The position numbers and the translations under genes are program-made. A stretch of DNA of 64,000 nucleotides from PVC group bacterium (GTDB lineage Bacteria > Omnitrophota > Gorgyraeia > B26-G9): NCBI GenBank assembly GCA_024231215.1, contig JAAEQR010000072.1, forward strand, positions 449,210 through 513,209. Direction: 5' to 3'. Of the stretch, positions 55,880 through 64,000 are shown piece after piece (positions within the stretch are counted from its first letter, which is position 1; every line of letters starts with the position of its first letter). A model generated the notes under the pieces. That model was not told where the DNA came from, made no database searches, and saw only the letters and a list, made by a program, of their open reading frames with translations.

Positions 55880-56554
55880 GTGGAACGAGCAGTATTAAAT
55901 GCAGAAATCAGAAGTGAAGCGGGAAAATCCGCTGCGAGAAAATTTAGAGGACAGGGATTAATTCCCGGAGTTGTTTACGCAAAAGATAAAGAACCGGTAC
56001 CTGTAAGTACTAATAGCCGGGAATTTGTTAAGCTGTTGCATAAATATGGTGAAAACGCAATTATTGATTTGAAGGTCAAAAAAGAAGATAAAACGCTTGA
56101 TAAAAACGTAATCATCAAAGAGATTCAATACAATACACTTAAGGGCGATGTTCTGCATATAGATTTTCAGCAGATAAAACTTACCGAAAGTATTAAGGTT
56201 AATGTTCCTTTGGTGACCAAAGGAGACGCTGATTGTCCGGGAGTCAAAGAAGGTGGTATTTTAGAGCATATCCTGCGTGAAGTAGAAGTTGAATGTTTAC
56301 CGACACAGATTCCGCATGAAATAACTATTGATGTTGCGGCTTTAAATATCAATGATTCTATACATGTTAAAGATCTTGTTGTTCCAGAAGGAGTAAAAAT
56401 TACTACTGAGGCAGAAAAAATCGCTGTTTTAGTTAAGTTTGAGGCAGAAAAAATAGAGGAAGAAGAAAAGCCAGAAGAAGAAGGCGCAGCGGCTGAACCT
56501 GAAGTCATAAATCAGAAAAAACCTGAAGAAGGCTCTGCCGAGGAGAAAAAATAG
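55880..56554 (+). CDS. rplY: ribosomal protein bL25 (Ctc form with acidic C-terminal extension); GTG start
   Basis: LNAEIRSEAGKSAARKFRGQGLIPGVVYAKDKEPVPVS. Confidence 0.85.
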   Translation: MERAVLNAEIRSEAGKSAARKFRGQGLIPGVVYAKDKEPVPVSTNSREFVKLLHKYGENAIIDLKVKKEDKTLDKNVIIKEIQYNTLKGDVLHIDFQQIKLTESIKVNVPLVTKGDADCPGVKEGGILEHILREVEVECLPTQIPHEITIDVAALNINDSIHVKDLVVPEGVKITTEAEKIAVLVKFEAEKIEEEEKPEEEGAAAEPEVINQKKPEEGSAEEKK

Positions 56555-56562
56555 TCTCTTAA

Positions 56563-57138
56563 ATGAAGCTGATTGTTGGGTTAGGAAATCCGGGGATTCG
56601 TTATAAGCGTACGAAGCATAATGCGGGGTTTTGGGTTATAGATGAACTAGCAAAACAAGAAAGTGTTAGTTTGCAAAAACGCCGGTTTAATGCGATCTGG
56701 GCTGAACATAGATTAGGAAGAGAGAAAGTTTTTTTTGTAAAACCTTTGACATATATGAATTTAAGCGGCAAGGCGGTTAGAGGCTTTGTTGATTATTTTA
56801 AAATTTCAATTGATAATATATTAGTTATCTTTGATGATGTTAGTTTAAAGTTAGGAACAATCAGATTGCGCGCTACCGGTAGTGCCGGAGGACATAACGG
56901 CGTTCGTTCGTTAATTGATAGTTTAGGTACTGATTCTTTTGCACGTTTGCGATTAGGGATACGAACTGAAGAGAATTCTTCAGAGTTGTCTGATTATGTG
57001 CTAAGTTCTTTTAAAAGCAAAGCAGATGAGGTTATTGTTCGTGATATGGTGCAAAATGCAAAAGGAGCGGTGTTTAGCTGGGTAAAAGAAGGAGTAACAT
57101 TTGCGATGAATAAATATAATAAGAAAGGGGATACTTGA
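56563..57138 (+). CDS. pth: peptidyl-tRNA hydrolase
   Basis: MKLIVGLGNPGIRYKRTKHNAGF ... GGHNGVRS. Confidence 0.9.
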   Translation: MKLIVGLGNPGIRYKRTKHNAGFWVIDELAKQESVSLQKRRFNAIWAEHRLGREKVFFVKPLTYMNLSGKAVRGFVDYFKISIDNILVIFDDVSLKLGTIRLRATGSAGGHNGVRSLIDSLGTDSFARLRLGIRTEENSSELSDYVLSSFKSKADEVIVRDMVQNAKGAVFSWVKEGVTFAMNKYNKKGDT

Positions 57139-57141
57139 GTT

Positions 57142-57426
57142 ATGAATGATTACGAGGCGATTTTTATTTTGAAGGCAACCTTGAGTAATGAAGCTCTAGA
57201 AACAGCGGTAGAAGGTATAAAAGGAGTGATTACTAAAAATAAAGGTGAGGTTACCCAATCCCAATCTTGGGGCAAAAGAAAGTTGGCGTATCTAATACAA
57301 AAACAAGCTGAAGGAGTATATTACTTATTTGATTTTAAACTGGCTGCGACTGCGGTTAAAAAAATTGAAAGTGTTTTTAAAATCAATGATTTAATTTTGA
57401 GAACATTAATTGTTAGGAAGGTATAG
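57142..57426 (+). CDS. rpsF: ribosomal protein bS6
   Basis: YEAIFILKATLSNE...SWGKRKLAY pattern of S6. Confidence 0.85.
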   Translation: MNDYEAIFILKATLSNEALETAVEGIKGVITKNKGEVTQSQSWGKRKLAYLIQKQAEGVYYLFDFKLAATAVKKIESVFKINDLILRTLIVRKV

Positions 57427-57428
57427 AT

Positions 57429-57896
57429 ATGGCGAATTTGAATAAAGTTTTATTGATGGGTAATTTGACTCGGGATCCAGAGCTTCGTTATGCACCGAAT
57501 GGTTCGGCTGTAACGACATTTTCAGTGGCTATGAGCCGTGTTTTTAATAATGCTGCCGGAGAAAAAAAAGAAGATGTTTGTTATGTTCGGGTGGTATGCT
57601 GGGCTCGTTTAGCTCAAACTTGCAGCGAATATTTATTTAAAGGACGTCCTGTATTTGTGGAAGGAAGACTTCAGAGTCGTTCTTGGCAAGCTCAAGACGG
57701 AACAAAGCGTAATACAATTGAAGTGATTGCGCAAAATGTACAATTTTTAGGTAAAGGAAAAACACAGGATTCATCTTCAGTTCCAGATGCTTCTGCAATG
57801 GGAGTAGGCATGCCGGAATCAAGCGATGCTTTAGGCGGGGTGAATTTTGATGGAATGGCAGTACAGGCGAAACAGGATGAAGAGGTCCCATTTTAA
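57429..57896 (+). CDS. ssb: single-stranded DNA-binding protein
   Basis: MANLNKVLLMGNLTRDPELRY OB-fold N-terminus. Acidic C-terminal tip DEEVPF. Confidence 0.9.
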   Translation: MANLNKVLLMGNLTRDPELRYAPNGSAVTTFSVAMSRVFNNAAGEKKEDVCYVRVVCWARLAQTCSEYLFKGRPVFVEGRLQSRSWQAQDGTKRNTIEVIAQNVQFLGKGKTQDSSSVPDASAMGVGMPESSDALGGVNFDGMAVQAKQDEEVPF

Positions 57897-57927
57897 TTTG
57901 GATTAATAATAAAGGAGCATGTGAAAA

Positions 57928-58203
57928 ATGGCATTTGGTAAGTCAGGTGGTAGGAATGTTAAGAAGGTACGGAAAGATAGGAAGAAAACTGGGTTTTTGC
58001 GAAAACGGCAGTGTCGTTTTTGTCTGGAAAAAGCGCAAAATATCGATTATAAAGATATTAATCGCTTAGCTAAATTTGTAACTGAGCGGGGTAAAATTGT
58101 TCCTTCTCGAGCGAGTGGTGTTTGTGCAAAACATCAGAGAAAATTGGCGCAGGCAGTAAAAAGGGCTAGATACGTTGCATTGTTGCCCTATGCCGCAGAA
58201 TAG
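57928..58203 (+). CDS. rpsR: ribosomal protein bS18
   Basis: [56 protein letters not shown]. Confidence 0.9.
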   Translation: MAFGKSGGRNVKKVRKDRKKTGFLRKRQCRFCLEKAQNIDYKDINRLAKFVTERGKIVPSRASGVCAKHQRKLAQAVKRARYVALLPYAAE

Positions 58204-58234
58204 CAGATTGTAGACGAAAACGAGGTATATAAAT

Positions 58235-58675
58235 ATGAAGGTGATTTTAAAAGAAGCAATTCAAAAACTGGGCAGTGTTGGTGAGGTCGTAGATGTAAAG
58301 ACCGGGTATGCACGGAATTTTCTTATTCCACAGGGCAAGGCGTTAATAGCAAATAAACAAAACCTGAAGTTGTTTGAAGATAGCAATCGTGTAGAGACGA
58401 AAAAGTTGGAAAAAGAAAAGCAAAGCGCAGAAGAAATCGCTAAAAAGCTTGCTCACGTTTCATGTACGATAGTAATGCAGGCTAATGAAGAACAATTGTA
58501 TGGGGCGGTAACTAATGCAGATATTGCCAAGTCCTTAGAACAAGAAGGCATGCAAATAGACAAAAAGGACATTATTTTAGAGGAGCCGATTAAGGCTTTA
58601 GGGGTTTATCATGTTGTTGTAAAACTTCATCCGGAAGTAAAACAGCAGGTTAAGGTATGGGTGGTAAAAAAATAG
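58235..58675 (+). CDS. rplI: ribosomal protein bL9
   Basis: MKVILKEAIQKLGSVGEVVDVKTGYARNFLIPQGKA. Confidence 0.9.
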   Translation: MKVILKEAIQKLGSVGEVVDVKTGYARNFLIPQGKALIANKQNLKLFEDSNRVETKKLEKEKQSAEEIAKKLAHVSCTIVMQANEEQLYGAVTNADIAKSLEQEGMQIDKKDIILEEPIKALGVYHVVVKLHPEVKQQVKVWVVKK

Positions 58676-60045
58676 CGGTAAGGACAGAAAAAAAACTACA
58701 AGTTTCCGGTAATTCACTTGTTGATAAAGTCCCTCCTCAGAATACAGAAGCTGAGATGGCTGTATTAGGCTCAATGCTTCTTGAAGAAGAAGCTATTGCT
58801 AATGTGATAGAGATTCTGAATGAGGGATGTTTTTATAAAGACAATCATCAGAAAATCTACCGGGCTCTTCTTAGTTTGTTTAGTGAAAACAAACCAGTCG
58901 ATTTAATTACTCTTACTGATCAGCTTCGTAAAGAAGATAGTTTAGAAGACATTGGCGGAGCTGTCTACCTGACTGAACTTGCAAATGTTGTTCCCACTGC
59001 GGCAAACGTGATGCATCATGCAAGGATTGTAAAAGAAAAGGCTTTGCTGAGAAGTTTGATTACTACAGCAACAAGTATTATCACCGAAGGATATGAACCA
59101 GGTCAGCAAGTAGATATTCTTTTAGATAAAGCCGAACGCTTGATTTTTGAAATAAGCAGTTCCAAAATCAAAGGTGGTTTTGTTTCAGTAAAAGAGCTGG
59201 TTAAAAACAGTATTGAAACCATAGAAAAATTATATCAAAGAAAAACTCAAGTTACCGGTATTCCTACTGGATATGAGGATTTAGACAGGATAACAGCTGG
59301 ATTTCAGCCTTCAGACTTGGTTATTGTTGCAGGTAGGCCGTCAATGGGAAAGAGTGCTTTGATGTGCGGCTTTGCCGAACACGCGGCATTGATAGAGAAA
59401 GTTCCTACGGCAATTTTTAGTTTGGAAATGTCCAAGGAGCAATTGGTTCAGAGAATACTCTGTTCACATGCCCGAGTAAATATGCAGGGAGTGCGAACCG
59501 GGTTTTTAGCCCAACAGGATTGGGGTAGATTAGTTACTGCTGCAGGGAAGTTGTCTCAAACACCGCTTTTTATCGATGATACTCCGGGAATAAATGTTTT
59601 AGAACTAAGAGCTAAAGCTAGAAGGCTTAAAGCTCAGCATAATATTGGATTTATAATTTTAGATTATATGCAGCTGATGCAGTCAACCGGTGGCCAGTCT
59701 CAGAGTAGACAGCAGGAAATTTCAGATATCTCAAGAGCCTTAAAAGCATTAGCTAGAGAAATTAATGTTCCGCTGATTGCGATTAGTCAGCTTTCACGGG
59801 CAACAGAACAAAGAGAAGGATTTCGTCCTCGGCTTTCGGATTTGCGTGACTCAGGAGCTATTGAGCAGGATGCTGATTTGGTTATGCTGCTTTTCAGGGA
59901 AGAATATTATAATCCAACTGAAGAGAATAAGGGGCTTGCCGAGGTTATTATCGCTAAACAAAGGAATGGTCCGGTGGGGACAAAAAAGCTGACCTTCATT
60001 AAGGAATTTACCCGATTTGAAAACTGTACAGAAAGAGAAGAATAG
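58657..60045 (+). CDS. dnaB: replicative DNA helicase DnaB
   Basis: PPQNTEAEMAVLGSMLLEE N-terminus. Walker A GRPSMGKSALM. RecA-fold motifs. No intein insertion apparent (462 aa). Confidence 0.9.
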   Translation: MGGKKIAVRTEKKLQVSGNSLVDKVPPQNTEAEMAVLGSMLLEEEAIANVIEILNEGCFYKDNHQKIYRALLSLFSENKPVDLITLTDQLRKEDSLEDIGGAVYLTELANVVPTAANVMHHARIVKEKALLRSLITTATSIITEGYEPGQQVDILLDKAERLIFEISSSKIKGGFVSVKELVKNSIETIEKLYQRKTQVTGIPTGYEDLDRITAGFQPSDLVIVAGRPSMGKSALMCGFAEHAALIEKVPTAIFSLEMSKEQLVQRILCSHARVNMQGVRTGFLAQQDWGRLVTAAGKLSQTPLFIDDTPGINVLELRAKARRLKAQHNIGFIILDYMQLMQSTGGQSQSRQQEISDISRALKALAREINVPLIAISQLSRATEQREGFRPRLSDLRDSGAIEQDADLVMLLFREEYYNPTEENKGLAEVIIAKQRNGPVGTKKLTFIKEFTRFENCTEREE

Positions 60046-60047
60046 AT

Positions 60048-62324
60048 ATGAATAAAAGGGGAAGAATATTTATTTTTATTGTTTTATTTATTTGTTTTTG
60101 CAGCACGGTTTTTGCCCAACAGCCAGAACGCATAGTTCGTAAGATTGTTGTGGAGAATAATAAAGTTGTTAGTGAGCACACAATTGTTTCCCAGCTTAAA
60201 ACAAAAGAGGGCCTAGCTCTTTCAACTAGCACTCTGAGTGATGATATCAAAAGGCTTTATACTACAGGTTTGTTTAAAGATGTCAGTGCTGATGTTGAAG
60301 ATATGGAAAAAGGGGTAAAGGTTATTTTCCGGGTTGAGGAAAAAGCGACATTAAAAGAGATAGTTTTTGAGGGAAACCGGAGATTGAGAACTAAAAAACT
60401 GCTTGCTAAAATGCAGACAAAACTGGATGAAGTTTTCGATCAGTTTAAACTGCGTGAGGACATAGAAGAATTAAAGAAGTTTTATGCGGAAAAAGGATAT
60501 TCTTTGGCTGATATAACTTACAAAATCGAAGAAATAGAACAGAGTGTTACGGTTAAAATTACGGTTATTGAAGGGGCTAGAGTAAGGGTTAGAAAAATAT
60601 TGTTTAAAGGTAATAGCATTTTAAAAAAAGGACGTCTTTTGAAAGTTGTTAAAACTAAGCGTAAAGGATGGTTTAATTCTGGTTTTTACAAAGAAAAGGT
60701 TTTGTCTGAAGATACAGAGCGTCTGATTTCTTTTTATCGTTTGGAAGGATTTATTGATGTAAATGTAAATACGCTTATTGATTATAACGATAAAAAAAGT
60801 GCAATGTATATAACTTTTGAGATTAAAGAAGGAAAACAGTATAAAGTAGGTCAGATTTCATTGGGCGGGTATACGATCGCCGAAAAAGATGAATTGAAAG
60901 AGTCGCTGAGTATGACTGAAGACGCTATATATAATGAACTAAAATTGCGTGATGATATTTCTGCTTTGCAGAGCTTTTATTTTGATAAAGGGTATATTGC
61001 TTCAGAAGTAAAAGTTGATACAGTGCTTAATGCAGGTGAGGGAAGTGTGGATTTAAGTTATGGTATAGATGAAGGTCATGTTGCTTATGTAGATAAAGTC
61101 AATGTAAGCGGTAATACCCGGACCAAAGATGTGGTTATCCGGCGTGAAATGAGATTATTCCCCGGAGATAAATATAATGGAGATAAATTAAAAAGAAGTC
61201 GTCAGCGGTTACATAATTTAGGCTATTTTGAAGAAGTGACATTTGATACCGCAGAAAAGCCGACAACACTGCCTGACAAGCATGACCTTGATATATTTGT
61301 TAAAGAGTCGAAAACAGGGGAGTTTAGTTTTGGAGCTGGATATAGCTCGGTAGACCAGTTTATAGGGTTTGTAGATCTTACACAAAGGAATTTTGACTTA
61401 TTCAACTTATCTAGTTTTACTGGCGGCGGACAAAGATTGCGTATGCGTATGGAATTTGGTTCAGATCGAAAAGACTATGAACTTGGTTTTGTTGAACCGT
61501 GGTTTTTAGGTTATCCGCTTACTATGGGATTTAACATTTACAACCGGACCAGAGACTGGGAAAAATATGACGAAAGACGTATTGGCGGAAACTTATTTTT
61601 AGGAAAAGAATTTGGAGAGTATTGGAACGGAAAAGTTAGTTATCGTTATGAAGGAGTTAGAATTTCAAATATTCTCGAGGATGCTAGTGCAGATATCAAG
61701 CTTGAAAAAGGGAAGAATTATATTAGCAGCGTGACTTCAGAAGTGATGCATGATACCCGGGATAATGTTTTCAATCCCACGACAGGAATATATAGTATGT
61801 TGTCCTGTGAAGTTGGCGGAGGAGTCTTAGAAGGTGATAAAGATTTTGTGAAATATTATACAAAAAACTGCCGATATTTTCCTGCAACTGAAAAAGCGGT
61901 GCTTGAGTTTAAAGGTCGTGCCGGATATGTGGAATCTTATAGTAATACAGCAGTTGTCCCTATTTATGAGCGATTTTATGTTGGAGGTGCTAATACGATT
62001 AGAGGATATAAAGAGAGAAGAGTGGGGCCAGAGGGAGAATTTGGTGATCCAATTGGCGGCCGCATAATGTTTGTTTTTAATGCCGAATATACATATAATT
62101 TGGCTAAGAACCTTAAATGGGCATTTTTCTATGATAATGGTAATGTGTGGAGACGGCCTTCTGAATTTAAATGGGACACATTAAAGCTTAAGAGCAGTAT
62201 CGGAACTGGAATGAGAGTAAAGACTCCACTGGGGCCGATAAGGCTTGATTATGGTTATGCGTTAAATCCTAAGGAGGGTGATTCTCGGGGGAGATTTCAT
62301 TTTACAATGAGCCAGGAATTTTAA
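60048..62324 (+). CDS. bamA: outer-membrane protein assembly factor BamA (POTRA repeats + 16-strand barrel)
   Basis: Signal peptide. Five POTRA-like repeats (I..I.F.GN...). C-terminal barrel ending ...GRFHFTMSQEF with terminal aromatic residue. Confidence 0.9.
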   Translation: MNKRGRIFIFIVLFICFCSTVFAQQPERIVRKIVVENNKVVSEHTIVSQLKTKEGLALSTSTLSDDIKRLYTTGLFKDVSADVEDMEKGVKVIFRVEEKATLKEIVFEGNRRLRTKKLLAKMQTKLDEVFDQFKLREDIEELKKFYAEKGYSLADITYKIEEIEQSVTVKITVIEGARVRVRKILFKGNSILKKGRLLKVVKTKRKGWFNSGFYKEKVLSEDTERLISFYRLEGFIDVNVNTLIDYNDKKSAMYITFEIKEGKQYKVGQISLGGYTIAEKDELKESLSMTEDAIYNELKLRDDISALQSFYFDKGYIASEVKVDTVLNAGEGSVDLSYGIDEGHVAYVDKVNVSGNTRTKDVVIRREMRLFPGDKYNGDKLKRSRQRLHNLGYFEEVTFDTAEKPTTLPDKHDLDIFVKESKTGEFSFGAGYSSVDQFIGFVDLTQRNFDLFNLSSFTGGGQRLRMRMEFGSDRKDYELGFVEPWFLGYPLTMGFNIYNRTRDWEKYDERRIGGNLFLGKEFGEYWNGKVSYRYEGVRISNILEDASADIKLEKGKNYISSVTSEVMHDTRDNVFNPTTGIYSMLSCEVGGGVLEGDKDFVKYYTKNCRYFPATEKAVLEFKGRAGYVESYSNTAVVPIYERFYVGGANTIRGYKERRVGPEGEFGDPIGGRIMFVFNAEYTYNLAKNLKWAFFYDNGNVWRRPSEFKWDTLKLKSSIGTGMRVKTPLGPIRLDYGYALNPKEGDSRGRFHFTMSQEF

Positions 62325-62436
62325 TTGGTTTATATATAAGGAGTTAGAGTAATATTAGAAACATTTGTACTAAGTTTACGTTGACAAATTATAATAATAT
62401 GTTAAAATGAAAAAAATTGGCTGATAAGGAGGATTA

Positions 62437-62916
62437 ATGAAGAAATCATTACTTATTTTGGGGATATTGGGGTTTGTTTTATTATTTACACAATTTGGTT
62501 TTGCGGAAGAGATTAAAATTGGGTATATCAGTTTGAGCCAGGTTTTTCAAGATTATAAAAAAGTGATAGATTCTAATGAAAAACTTGAAGAACGCAAGAA
62601 GGAAGTAAAAAATATGCTTGCCGGCATGCAGGATTTACAGAAAAACTATGATTCTTTGAGTGAAAAAGGCAAGAAAGAGATGGAAGTAGAACTCAAGGCT
62701 AAACAGGAAGATATTCGTCAGCGTACGGTTGAGGTCAGGAAAGATGAAGACCGGGTTCTGAGGGAAATTTTAGAAGATATAGAAAAGACAACAGGAGAAT
62801 TGCGTAAAGAACGCAAGTTCACTTACATTTTAGATGATAGACTTATTATTGATGGTCCGGAAAATATGAACGTCACGGATGATGTTATTAAGCTTTTGAA
62901 TGAACGCTATAAATAA
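62437..62916 (+). CDS. skp: periplasmic chaperone Skp (OmpH family)
   Basis: Signal peptide followed by a long coiled-coil K/E-rich domain. Canonical position between bamA and lpxD. Confidence 0.7.
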   Translation: MKKSLLILGILGFVLLFTQFGFAEEIKIGYISLSQVFQDYKKVIDSNEKLEERKKEVKNMLAGMQDLQKNYDSLSEKGKKEMEVELKAKQEDIRQRTVEVRKDEDRVLREILEDIEKTTGELRKERKFTYILDDRLIIDGPENMNVTDDVIKLLNERYK

Positions 62917-62955
62917 AAAACACAGAAAAGCTAAATGGATAAAAGGAAGTTGAAT

Positions 62956-64000
62956 ATGAACAAGACCTTAAAAGAAATAGCGCAGCTTATAGAGGGGACA
63001 ATTGTAGGTAATGAGTCAACGGTAATTACCGGAGTTTGCGGGATAAAAGAAGCCAAGGCCGGAGATATTACCTTTGTTGCTAATCCTAAGTATATTTCTT
63101 TAATCAAACAAACTAATGCTTCGGCAATAATTACAACTCCGGATATTAAAAAAGCTTCCAAACCTTTGATCCTTACAGATAATCCTTCGATAGCTTTCGC
63201 AAAATTACTTTCTCTAATTGCTCCAAATGAAGTCAGTCATTTTAAAGGAATTCATCCTACTGCGGTTGTTGGTGAAAATGTTAAGTTAGGCAAAGATGTT
63301 GCAATTCATCCGCATGTGGTTATTGAAGATGGAGTAGTGATTGGTGAGCGTACCATATTAGGAGCTGGTGTTTTTGTGGGGAACCATACGACTATCGGGC
63401 AAGATACAATGATTCATCCGCATGTAAGCATAAGGGAAAGAGTTAGTATTGGAAGTCGTGTTATTGTTCATAATGGAACAGTAATCGGAAGTGATGGTTT
63501 TGGATTTGCTACGGTAAAGGGCATGCATCATAAAATTCCACAAATCGGTACGGTTATTATTGAGGACGATGTGGAAATCGGAGCAAATGTTACAATAGAT
63601 AGGGCTCGTTTTGATAAGACCTTAATAAAGCACGGGACTAAAATTGATAATTTGGTACAGATTGCTCATAACGTAGTAATCGGTGAAAATACAATAGTCG
63701 TAGCACAGGCCGGTATTTCCGGCAGTACCATTGTCGGTAAAAATGTTACTATAGCTGGACAATCTGGGATTATCGGGCATATTACAATTGGAGATAACGC
63801 AGTTATTGCTGCTCAGGCAGGGGTTACAAAATCAATTCCGAATGATACCTGTGTTTCTGGGTATCCGGCAAAACAGCATAAAAAAGCCAAGCGGATAAAT
63901 GCTTGTGTGCAGAAACTTCCGGATCTATATAAATTAGTAACTAAATTAGAAGATAAAATAGCAAGCTTAGAGGCCGCTTTAGATGAAAAAAAGGGAATAT
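62956..64000 (+). CDS. lpxD: UDP-3-O-acylglucosamine N-acyltransferase, 3' end cut by the window edge (not in the ORF track because no stop is reached)
   Basis: [50 protein letters not shown]-terminus. Left-handed beta-helix hexapeptide repeats ([51 protein letters not shown]). bamA-skp-lpxD synteny. Confidence 0.85.
   Translation, partial: MNKTLKEIAQLIEGTIVGNESTVITGVCGIKEAKAGDITFVANPKYISLIKQTNASAIITTPDIKKASKPLILTDNPSIAFAKLLSLIAPNEVSHFKGIHPTAVVGENVKLGKDVAIHPHVVIEDGVVIGERTILGAGVFVGNHTTIGQDTMIHPHVSIRERVSIGSRVIVHNGTVIGSDGFGFATVKGMHHKIPQIGTVIIEDDVEIGANVTIDRARFDKTLIKHGTKIDNLVQIAHNVVIGENTIVVAQAGISGSTIVGKNVTIAGQSGIIGHITIGDNAVIAAQAGVTKSIPNDTCVSGYPAKQHKKAKRINACVQKLPDLYKLVTKLEDKIASLEAALDEKKGI

Noticed and set aside
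1-64000. Search for mobile elements, integrases, CRISPR arrays and rRNA
   Set aside because: There is no transposase or integrase-like ORF, no direct-repeat/spacer periodicity, and no 16S/23S/5S-like conserved stretches. The single tRNA-Gln is not flanked by an integrase or a repeated attachment site.

Overview
The window is an AT-rich stretch of bacterial chromosome from a diderm organism. BamA, Skp, LpxB/LpxD, a PilQ secretin and an LpxL-type acyltransferase are all present. Nearly everything is on the + strand; only lpxB and a Gfo/Idh/MocA oxidoreductase are on the - strand. No rRNA, CRISPR array or mobile element is visible.

From 5' to 3' the window holds:
- **Glycan locus (~1-20 kb).** A CgeB-like glycosyltransferase, a B12-binding radical SAM enzyme, and four very large polytopic membrane proteins. 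Three of the four have a D-E/D-D motif right after TM1, which suggests the GT-C fold. It also carries a polyprenyl-phosphate-sugar-type GT2, two SAM methyltransferases, an epimerase, rfbA and manC.
- **Structured RNA upstream of a pilin gene.** It has its own promoter and intrinsic terminator, and carries sequence blocks resembling a c-di-GMP-I (GEMM) riboswitch. The type IV pilin gene follows.
- **Candidate new system.** An operon encoding a ParA-type ATPase fused to an AMPK-beta/CBM48 glycogen-binding domain. It is followed by a P-loop-degenerate ParA paralogue and an acidic nuclease-fold protein. pgeF, an H1-like/DUF4912 protein and a GH57 branching enzyme sit just downstream.
- **Housekeeping blocks.** The conserved uppS-cdsA-dxr-rseP-ispG-proS block. 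A complete type IV pilus operon, pilM(N fused)-O-P-Q-B-C plus a second pilin. The lpxB/lpxL region. hisG, and an unlisted 31-aa bS22-like basic ORF. A TPR lipoprotein / FtsH-like protease module. Split transketolase, ispE, and a SpoVG-zinc-ribbon fusion. tRNA-Gln(UUG). glmU, prs, rplY, pth, rpsF, ssb, rpsR, rplI, dnaB, bamA, skp, and the 5' part of lpxD running off the window end.

All functional calls come from reading motifs in the translations; no database search was run.
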